DNA of 64,000 nucleotides from an uncultured Ignavibacteria bacterium (GTDB lineage Bacteria; Zixibacteria; MSB-5A5; DSPP01; RBG-1): NCBI GenBank assembly GCA_964399055.1, contig CAYNPJ010000001.1, positions 1,255,347 to 1,319,346 of the forward strand, read 5' to 3'. Shown piece by piece: positions 57,849 to 64,000 of this stretch (position 1 is its first letter; each line of letters starts with the position of its first letter). The notes under the pieces were generated by a model. It saw only the letters and a program-made list of their open reading frames with translations, ran no database searches and was not told where the DNA came from. The position numbers and the translations under genes were made by a program.

Positions 57849-58940
57849 TTATCCAATTTTGAATTCCTTGATTTTTTTGACATCCACATCCGAACTCTGC
57901 ACAATCCTGCCCTTCGGCTCCCTCTGGAACACTGAGTTAAATTCCTCCTGCACCTCCTGCTTCAATCTCTTCAACTCCACAAAAGAGAGGCTCCCGGAGG
58001 AGACCAATCTCTCCACCAGCAAAGACAGTTTTCCCTTACCCCGGCAGACGGAGATGGCTTGAGACATTTTTCTGATGTCTGACTCATACTCCTCCTGCAG
58101 GGCGGCCAGATTTTCTATTTTCTGACTATAGCTGACCAACAGCTCCCTGGCCCGGGTCAGAATCTGCCGCAGGCGGTTGAAATCAATCCCCTCCAGGACC
58201 GGTTGAGGAGAGGAGCTAGGGATATAAAGCAAAGCCTCGGACAAGTCCGCAATTAACACTTCTGCCGGAAACTCCGCTTTTTGTGGAACTGAAGGAACTC
58301 GCTTATTCTGATTCTCTTTGTGGAAAAATTCTAAATCCAAGCTGAAAGCAGTATCCGGCGTCGCCCCTCTGTAAACTATTGAAGTCTCTAAAACTTTGAC
58401 GATTTTACGGTAGTTGAAATGCGCCTGCTGCTCTCTGCCGGATGAGTCTAAATAGACTTTGAAAGGAATGTGCTGGCACTTGCGAATGTCCTGGAAGCAA
58501 ATCGAGCATTCCGGCAATTCAAAAGAAAAGCCCAGCGAGCACTCTTTGTAAATACCATGGTCGATGTTCTCCTGAAGAGATTCTGCGCCAGTAGAATTTT
58601 TCAGCCAGTAGAACCACACCTTCACCCACGATTTTCCTTCCCGGTCAACTAATTCGGCTTTGAAATTTCTGCCGACGGGGAGTTTCTCTTTATTGTGCCC
58701 GATTAAAACCGGCGAATCAATCACCAGCTCGGCAATTCTCATTTGCTCATCCAGAGGAAATCTGCCGCCATAGGAATTGATCTGGTCTGAAACTAAATAC
58801 ATTGCCCGGATGTAGACCTGGTCTGCTGTGACCGGCACCGGCGGTTTGATTCTGGCGTTAATCAGATTGACCAGCGTCTCATCCGGCGAAATTTCCTTTT
58901 CCGATAAGACTGCTCGTATTTGACCCTTTAGATTTTCCAT
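57849..58940 (-). CDS. Prohead (maturation) serine protease with Cys/His zinc-finger-like motif and C-terminal scaffold coiled coil
   Basis: RF......A.L....V..GH (His), I..G..KECS.G (Ser), CSIC...CQH; helical C-terminal half; RBS GGAGA. Confidence 0.72.
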   Translation of the reverse strand: MENLKGQIRAVLSEKEISPDETLVNLINARIKPPVPVTADQVYIRAMYLVSDQINSYGGRFPLDEQMRIAELVIDSPVLIGHNKEKLPVGRNFKAELVDREGKSWVKVWFYWLKNSTGAESLQENIDHGIYKECSLGFSFELPECSICFQDIRKCQHIPFKVYLDSSGREQQAHFNYRKIVKVLETSIVYRGATPDTAFSLDLEFFHKENQNKRVPSVPQKAEFPAEVLIADLSEALLYIPSSSPQPVLEGIDFNRLRQILTRARELLVSYSQKIENLAALQEEYESDIRKMSQAISVCRGKGKLSLLVERLVSSGSLSFVELKRLKQEVQEEFNSVFQREPKGRIVQSSDVDVKKIKEFKIG

Positions 58941-58963
58941 AGTTTTTCTCCGGTCAGGTAACT

Positions 58964-59036
58964 AACCCCTCCCTTGCCCTCCCCTTAAAGGAGAGGGTAA
59001 ACTCCCTCCCCTCTTAGGGGAGGGGTGGGGAGAGGT
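58964..59036. repeat. Family B element
   Basis: ACCCCTCC..CCCTCCCCTTAAAGGAGAGGG..CCCTCCCCTCTTAGGGGAGGGG..GGAGAGGT. Confidence 0.75.
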
Positions 59037-59300
59037 AAGTATCTTTATTCTTCTTTCCATCACTACTCATGTCCCTCTATAAATAGGGCCTCCCCTCCCC
59101 CCCGGTAGCGATTTGGTAGCGGGGTTAAGTGGCGGTGAGTCAGAAAGTAAGCCCGAAAAAGGGCTGTTTTTAGCGAATTTTAGCGGGTTGTAAGTTTAGA
59201 ATTGGTAGAGAGTTAATTTTGAGTGGTGGGAGGCAAAGTGAAAAATGGCGGTTACATGGAGGGGTTTTGAGCGAAAATTTTTTTGAAATTTTTTTAACTT

Positions 59301-59340
59301 ACCCTCCTTATCTCTCCCCTAACAGGAGAGGGGATAAAGA
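59301..59340. repeat. Family B half element
   Basis: ACCCTCC..CTCTCCCCTAACAGGAGAGGG. Confidence 0.55.
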
Positions 59341-59489
59341 GATCAGTGAAATTCTATCTTATTGCGTGCGTTTGAGAATCTTGTGAATTAGACCGGCAGT
59401 CCGGTTGCTAATAATCTGAATGAAGGCAGTGCGCGTTCTGGAAATGTCCAGATCAGGAACCTGTCGTAGTCAATCGAAGGGAGGGTCAG

Positions 59490-59968
59490 ATGAGTAATTC
59501 TAAAACAATCGAGTTTGCTCTCATAATGTTCCTGCTATGTGTCTGGATAGGCTGTAATAGGAGTAAACCGCTTGAGCCCAAGATTAATATTTTGGATGCT
59601 GTCGTAGACGCTGTGCTGGAGACCAACCAAGGAGAATTGTTGACCGGTTATCGGGTCGCCGCCTACTACTTCATGGTATAGAATCAGATACTGTGATTAT
59701 TGACGGGCATGGAAGGACCAGACCCCCGCTTACCGTGAGAGTCTGGAATGATGACCCGACCGGATATTTTTATCTCTGGGCCGCAAACAGCGTGGATACC
59801 TTTTACAGTGCGGAAACGTACTCCTTCGCCGACAACGACACCCTGCGAATCATTGCCCTCATGATGCCGGCTCCAGAGGCGCCAGTTGAATTATCCGCCA
59901 ATCGTCAATTGTTCTTAGATGAGCTTTTGAAAGCTAACGGTTATATCTATCCAAATTACGGCCCCTAG
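59490..59968 (+). pseudogene. Frameshifted lipoprotein gene (ORFs 59490-59681 and 59693-59968 join with a 1-nt frameshift near 59661)
   Basis: Lipobox WIGC; adding one base at TTCATGGT gives ...YYF-HGIESDTVIIDGHG... continuous into the second ORF. Confidence 0.6.
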
Positions 59969-60030
59969 TAAGCGCCACAGCGTTCTGTATGTAATCGTAC
60001 CAGCCCTGGGCCGCCGCTTCAAGCGCTGAT
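59965..60030. repeat. attC-like site 1 (degenerate)
   Basis: Overlaps the stop codon (CTAGTAAGCG) and ends GCCGCCGCTTCAAGCGCTGAT, identical to the site at 62046-62066. Confidence 0.45.
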
Positions 60031-60032
60031 AT

Positions 60033-60158
60033 GACCCCACCTTAATCCTCCCCTGAAGGGGAGGAGATTATTCACCCTCTCCTATTCATGGTGAGCGAAG
60101 TTGAACCAGAGGAGAGGGTTCATCCCGAGGATTCACCCCGAGGGGCTGGGGTGAGGTC
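60033..60158. repeat. Family B element with nested inserts
   Basis: GACCCCACC..CTCCCCTGAAGGGGAG..CCCTCTCC[GGTGAGCGAAGTTGAACC insert]GGAGAGGG..GGTGAGGTC. Confidence 0.75.
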
Positions 60159-60331
60159 AGAACCAATCCTATATTCGGGTATTCTTCTCCGCCTTGTTAT
60201 TTCGAGATAAGCAAGCTGGTTGACAGCACAGGTTTTCTGATTATTTTGTGGATGTTAAGAAACCTGTCAGATTCTGCCTCTGGCCGTGGGGAAATAAAGC
60301 AGCGGGGTCTGCTTTGAGAGAAGGAGGTAAG

Positions 60332-60937
60332 GTGTTAAGACTTTATCGAGCCATCAACAGCGTCAGCCTGCTGCTCCTGATTCTTTTGGCCGCTTCCTGC
60401 GACAAGTCTACTAATCCCAAACCGCCTGATGTCCTCATACCTCTGGCCATTGGCAACCAGTGGGAATACGCCATCACCGATTATGACACCAATTCCGTGG
60501 TGATTTCTGTTGATACTGTGCTTCTGGAAATAGTCAAGGATACCGTAATCCAGAATATGACTTTTTACATCATCACCTCCGACGGTATCCGCGACCCTGA
60601 AATATTTTGGCCCTCCAACCAGAGCGACGGCGTGTGGCTCTTCATTTTGTCGGACTCTACCATGGCCCTGGCCTTCGAGTATCCGGCCTCAGTCGGTGAC
60701 CGGATAACTTTCGGGCAAGACTCCATGGTGGTAGCTCATACAAATGCTTCGGTAACCATACCGGCAGGCACTTTTCAATGCTATCAGTATAACCAATATT
60801 CCAGCAACCTGCTGGAGCAAATCTGGTATTTCTCACCCAATGTAGGACTGGTTAAAACCGAAGACTGGGCCAGAACACAAGGCGGAAGGCTCTATTTGGA
60901 TGAAAAGATAGAGCTGATTTTGTTTAACTTGCACTGA
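60332..60937 (+). CDS. Hypothetical lipoprotein (beta-rich; PL.IGN.W.Y and T.PAGTF.C motifs)
   Basis: GTG at 60332 with RBS AAGGAGG; lipobox LAASC; W.SPNVGLVK end. Confidence 0.75.
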   Translation: MLRLYRAINSVSLLLLILLAASCDKSTNPKPPDVLIPLAIGNQWEYAITDYDTNSVVISVDTVLLEIVKDTVIQNMTFYIITSDGIRDPEIFWPSNQSDGVWLFILSDSTMALAFEYPASVGDRITFGQDSMVVAHTNASVTIPAGTFQCYQYNQYSSNLLEQIWYFSPNVGLVKTEDWARTQGGRLYLDEKIELILFNLH

Positions 60938-60969
60938 ATAAGGTAAATAATGGTAAAAGGAGACACTTT

Positions 60970-61530
60970 ATGAAGGCAATTCGATTTAATCTTCTGGGAC
61001 TCATTTGCCTCGGTGTATTTTCTTCATTCGCTGCTGATTCCCGGCCATTTGCACAAGACACCGCAGGTAAGTCTGAAGAGCATCACTATTGGGTCAATCT
61101 CGGAAGTGGATTAGGCTGGGTAGATGGCGGACTGGGTGAAGACTGGGGCGGGATATCAGGCGGCGCGAGCTTTTCTTACCAGGCGGGACCCAGCATCTTT
61201 TCAATCAGATGGGTTGCAATTGCAGAGCTTAAACTGGATCTATGGGGAAATAGCGGCCCGGCCGAAGGTGTCTGGGACGTCGGCGTGCTTTATGGTCGGA
61301 TTGCGAAGACATCCTGGGGACTGGTTTCGATCTCAGGAGGCCTTAGTCTGGTGGGTGTGTCGGACAATCAGGGAGTCTCAACTTATCATCCCGGTATTCC
61401 AGTAGAGTCCCAGCTATTTTGGACACCTTCGTCCACCTTTGGTATTGGCATCTACGGGTATGCAAACTTGAATACAGAGAAGTCATTTCTGGGTGCATTA
61501 CTTTGTCTGCAAATCGGCAGATTAAAATGA
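60970..61530 (+). CDS. Hypothetical secreted, outer-membrane beta-barrel-like protein
   Basis: RBS AAGGAG; signal peptide; alternating amphipathic Gly-rich strands. Confidence 0.65.
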   Translation: MKAIRFNLLGLICLGVFSSFAADSRPFAQDTAGKSEEHHYWVNLGSGLGWVDGGLGEDWGGISGGASFSYQAGPSIFSIRWVAIAELKLDLWGNSGPAEGVWDVGVLYGRIAKTSWGLVSISGGLSLVGVSDNQGVSTYHPGIPVESQLFWTPSSTFGIGIYGYANLNTEKSFLGALLCLQIGRLK

Positions 61531-62000
61531 AAATACAAGCCAGACTTCACCTGACAAGAAGTCCAGCCTGCACCTGGAATCTTGTCCCTGCAGGAGCCCG
61601 CTGTCTTTCGGTGCCGAAGAGACCGAGTAAACTGACGGCGATGGTAATTCTTTTCTGCTTTGCATTACAGCTTTTTGGCTGCGCCACCACCAAACTGGTA
61701 AAACCGGACCAGAAACCCCGGAGATTAAAATCTAAGAAGATAGAAGTCATAACTTCTGAAAGCACGTACCTCTTTTCAGAGATAAGAGTCAATGCGGATA
61801 CCCTCTTCGGAGTCTATGGCGTGCCTTTTCCTGCAGATAGACACAGTCCTGAGGTGACTTCCGTGCCTTATGCGAGTATTCAATCCATTCGCTACCGGGG
61901 CCCAGACTGGCGCAAGACCAGTGCAATCTTTTTCGGAGTTGCGGCACTGGCGGGTTTCGTATATGTCATGGCCCATATCAAAGTGGACATTCACTATTGA
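61527..62000 (+). CDS. Hypothetical lipoprotein/membrane protein
   Basis: ATGA overlap with upstream gene (alternative start 61641); lipobox LFGC; C-terminal TM. Confidence 0.55.
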   Translation: MKIQARLHLTRSPACTWNLVPAGARCLSVPKRPSKLTAMVILFCFALQLFGCATTKLVKPDQKPRRLKSKKIEVITSESTYLFSEIRVNADTLFGVYGVPFPADRHSPEVTSVPYASIQSIRYRGPDWRKTSAIFFGVAALAGFVYVMAHIKVDIHY

Positions 62001-62002
62001 AT

Positions 62003-62066
62003 CTAGTAGCGGGGAATCACTCCCGCGCTTACATATTAGCCGTGCGCCGCCGCTTCAAGCGCTGAT
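62003..62066. repeat. attC-like site 2 (degenerate)
   Basis: Begins CTAGTAGCG 2 nt after the stop codon; ends GCCGCCGCTTCAAGCGCTGAT. Confidence 0.45.
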
Positions 62067-62076
62067 TATATTTTTT

Positions 62077-62156
62077 TAGACCCACCTTGTCCTCAAGGTC
62101 GGTTTTCCCAGGTTGAGGGTTCGACCAGGCTTACCCCGAAGGACAACCTGAGTCTA
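62077..62156. repeat. REP-like family C (copy 2) with insertion in second loop
   Basis: TAGACCCACCTTGTCCTCAAGGT...CCCAGGTTG[insert]GGACAACCTGAGTCTA. Confidence 0.8.
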
Positions 62157-62320
62157 AGGCTAAAATGCGATTAGTAGAGGTTAGTTCATTCTCTGCAAAC
62201 CCTTGCACAAGCTTAGCTGTGCACTTCTTAACCAGTGCGGTCTAACTCATACTGTGACAGCCTGTTAATGGCTGGTCAAATCAGGCACAAGCCTTGCTTT
62301 TCTTATCCACAGAGCGAAGC

Positions 62321-62479
62321 ATGTTGAAACCCTATAAAAAACCACTAAGGAAACTTAAAGCCCAGAGTTTGCCGGCTACGAAAGCACCTTCTGTCGGGAC
62401 TCTCTTCATAGTCTGGTTTGTGATTTTAATCCTGACTCTCTTACTCAGCTTCTCTACTGCCGACGGATTATTACTCTGA
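62321..62479 (+). CDS. Possible small basic single-TM peptide
   Basis: MLKPYKKPLRKLK then a hydrophobic stretch; weak RBS. Confidence 0.3.
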   Translation: MLKPYKKPLRKLKAQSLPATKAPSVGTLFIVWFVILILTLLLSFSTADGLLL

Positions 62480-62570
62480 AAAAGATTAGAGGTATTGAAA
62501 GAGCACTGGGCATAATCCCTCCTTCTGTGGGTTTGGGGTAAAGCAGAGGACAAAAGCTTCCCCAAACATA

Positions 62571-62597
62571 GAACCCCCCGAAATGGGGGGTTTAATT
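62571..62597. terminator. Hairpin terminator
   Basis: AACCCCCC-gaaat-GGGGGGTT with flanking A/T. Confidence 0.6.
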
Positions 62598-62610
62598 TTG
62601 ACCCGCAAGG

Positions 62611-62822
62611 GTCATCCTGAGCGGAGTCGAAGGATCCCTCTCATCTCAGCTAAATTTCAGCTGTCATTGCGAGTCCCGACGCATAGGGGCAAAGCAATCC
62701 CAGTGAATAGTTACGGAGCCTGTTTCACGGGATTGCCACGTCGTCCCTCGACTTCGCTCGGGACTCCTCGCAATGACTGCTCTTCACAGCTAACCTCTCC
62801 TTCCCCTTAAAGGAGAGGGAAC
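62611..62822. repeat. Family A half + full element, then family B half
   Basis: GTCATCCTGAGCGGAGTCGAAGGATCCC; GTCATTGCGAG..GCAATCCC..GGGATTGCCACG..CTCGCAATGAC; CCTTCCCCTTAAAGGAGAGGG. Confidence 0.8.
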
Positions 62823-62837
62823 AATTATCACGAAATG

Positions 62838-62866
62838 AAAAGCCCCGCCTAAAAAGCGGGACTTTT
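62838..62866 (-). terminator. Intrinsic terminator of the Cys-rich peptide gene
   Basis: Minus strand AAAAGTCCCGC-tttttag-GCGGGGCTTTT. Confidence 0.8.
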
Positions 62867-62901
62867 GACTCTTAGTCAGATGAAACTAATCCTACGACTG
62901 C

Positions 62902-63108
62902 TCATACGTCACAGCCAATCAGCGGGCAGACCACACAGCGACCTACCTGGCGGCATACGCCATCGCAACATTTAATCTTGGCGCAGGTGCAGTTCTCGCA
63001 GTAGGTGTAGCAGTTGCCTCCGGCTGAAGCCGGGCTGGTCAAGACCCCGACCACAAAGGAACTGGCCAAGGCCAGAATCAGAATACTGGCGACCAATGTC
63101 TTTTTCAT
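62902..63108 (-). CDS. Secreted cysteine-rich peptide (29-aa signal + 39-aa mature peptide with 10 Cys)
   Basis: RBS TAAGGAGGTGA; Sec signal ending ASA; mature GGNCYTYCENCTCAKIKCCDGVCRQVGRCVVCPLIGCDV. Confidence 0.85.
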   Translation of the reverse strand: MKKTLVASILILALASSFVVGVLTSPASAGGNCYTYCENCTCAKIKCCDGVCRQVGRCVVCPLIGCDV

Positions 63109-63178
63109 CTTCTCACCTCCTTATGATTTGATGGTTATATTTTTTATAACGTCACTCTGTTATTGTCAGACCCTCAAA

Positions 63179-63206
63179 ATTAAATGAGTCCGGCTCAGCG
63201 TGTCAA
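63179..63206 (-). promoter_or_regulatory. Sigma70 promoter of the Cys-rich peptide gene
   Basis: Minus strand TTGACA-16nt-TTTAAT. Confidence 0.6.
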
Positions 63207-63231
63207 GTGATTTTTAAGTTTCTCCCAGGCT

Positions 63232-63536
63232 GTCACTGCGAGCGAAGCGTGGCAGTCCCGATGAATCGATGCTGCGTAAATAATCAACAGGATTCCCACG
63301 TCGTTCCCGATAAAAATCGGGACTCTCCTCTGAATGACTGCACCTTACAATTGACCCCTGCCTAACTCTCCCCTTAAAGGAGAGGGAACATAACTCTCTC
63401 CGCTCGTTTATGCTGAGCCTGTCGAACCATAGGGGAGAGCTGCAGAGGAGTAAGTTGTTATTGTCATTCTGAGCTATAGCGAAGAATCTGTCTTTCCAAA
63501 AGCAGATTCTTCGTCGCTATCTCTCCTCAGGATGAC
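63232..63536. repeat. Cluster of family A (63232-63338, 63463-63536) and family B (about 63353-63452) elements
   Basis: GTCACTGCGAGCGAAGCGTGGCAGTCCC..GGATTCCCACG..GAATGAC; CTCTCCCCTTAAAGGAGAG; GTCATTCTGAG..GAAGAATCTG..CAGATTCTTCG..CTCAGGATGAC. Confidence 0.8.
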
Positions 63537-63539
63537 AGT

Positions 63540-64000
63540 TTAGGAGAAACTGGCAATTTGCGGGGACAGAACTAGAGAATTATCAACACTGCTTCGCAAG
63601 GGCCACAAAGCCAACGCCAGAGCCATGGCTCCGTCTAAGGACTTACCCTTGTCCCAACTCAACTCACGCAACTCATCTTGCAGCGACCATATTTCTCCGT
63701 TCTCGGTAAACTGCTCTATCAAAGGATAGGCCATTAGATTTTTCTGGTGCATCAGCTGGAGATTAGAAATCAATTCCAGACGTGACTTTTCGCCAAACTG
63801 GAAACCAATCGGTCTAATGTCAGCCAGTTCAGACATTATCACATCCCCTACGCCGGTGGAGTCTATCACCACTAGGCCGGGATAGAGCTTTTTCTTCTGC
63901 CGGATAATTTCCACCTGCTCTAACCAGTCTTTTTGAAATCTTTCGAAAGAGACGACCTGATACGGTCTGACCGAAATGTCTATGGTTATGCCTACAGTCC
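63540..64000 (-). CDS. Terminase large subunit, C-terminal nuclease domain (5' part beyond the window)
   Basis: Frame open to the window edge (TVGITIDISVRPYQVVSFERF...); IDSTGVGD and DGAMALALA motifs of RNase H-like terminase nuclease. Confidence 0.85.
   Translation of the reverse strand, partial: TVGITIDISVRPYQVVSFERFQKDWLEQVEIIRQKKKLYPGLVVIDSTGVGDVIMSELADIRPIGFQFGEKSRLELISNLQLMHQKNLMAYPLIEQFTENGEIWSLQDELRELSWDKGKSLDGAMALALALWPLRSSVDNSLVLSPQIASFS

Larger units (their letters stand above)
48187..64000 (-). mobile_element. Phage-derived head/lysis gene module (defective prophage or domesticated GTA-like cluster), continuing beyond the window
   Basis: Co-oriented terminase, prohead protease, cement protein, major capsid, adaptor, endolysin and holin; no integrase, portal or tail tube/tape measure in the window. 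Confidence 0.85.

Noticed and set aside
59679-59695. Stop-codon readthrough (Sec/Pyl) joining the two lipoprotein ORFs
   Set aside because: The ORFs are in different frames, so a frameshift rather than readthrough is required.
62190-62285. c-di-GMP-I (GEMM) riboswitch
   Set aside because: GGTCTAA...TGACAGCC resembles the 3' half, but the GGCAAAC..GAAA..GACGCAAAGC 5' half is missing.
53810-62810. Short ORFs overlapping repeats (e.g. 53810-54262, 55712-56146, 55797-55979, 57692-57904, 62583-62810; also 47948-48151)
   Set aside because: They are translations of palindromic repeat DNA or antisense to real genes, with no RBS or protein-like composition.
62902-63108. Radical-SAM/lanthipeptide RiPP precursor
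   Set aside because: The leader is a standard Sec signal and no maturase or peptidase-transporter is adjacent; distant maturases cannot be excluded.
47900-63540. CRISPR array
   Set aside because: Repeats are long imperfect palindromes, irregularly spaced between genes, not constant repeats with unique equal-length spacers; no cas genes.

Overview
A 64-kb bacterial chromosomal window, probably from a candidate Zixibacteria/FCB-group organism. That placement is inferred from multiple dockerin-like C-terminal modules, a FlgD-Ig/T9SS-type C-terminal domain, GWxTD proteins and a TPR-ExbB-ExbD-ExbD-TonB cluster. About 1-32.8 kb is tightly packed housekeeping DNA: M29 aminopeptidase, xerD inside an rsbU-like/diguanylate cyclase run, livKHMGF, ZIP transporter, TonB system, K+-independent H+-PPase, TolC/MacAB-type and NatAB-type exporters, two GWxTD proteins, a CADD-type enzyme and a PhaR-phasin fusion. 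At 32.9-37.4 kb is a vitamin B12 uptake locus with two near-duplicate cobalamin riboswitches, a DUF6580-like membrane protein, BtuB and a BtuG-like beta-propeller carrying a dockerin-like tail. At 37.9-47.9 kb are secreted hydrolases with dockerin-like or FlgD tails and a MEDS-PAS histidine kinase. From 48.2 kb to the window end is a minus-strand phage-derived module with intact ORFs: terminase C-terminus, prohead protease/scaffold, cement protein, HK97-type major capsid, beta-propeller, adaptor, two signal-peptide-bearing virion-like proteins, endolysin and holin. No portal, tail tube/tape measure or integrase is visible in the window. Almost every spacer in this module is occupied by nested palindromic repeats that I did not see in the first 37 kb. 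A cargo block sits where a portal is normally expected; it carries lipoproteins, two attC-like sites and an autonomous 10-Cys secreted peptide. This possibly domesticated, GTA-like or tailless capsid system is the best candidate for an undescribed system. No database searches were run; family calls come from recognised motifs.
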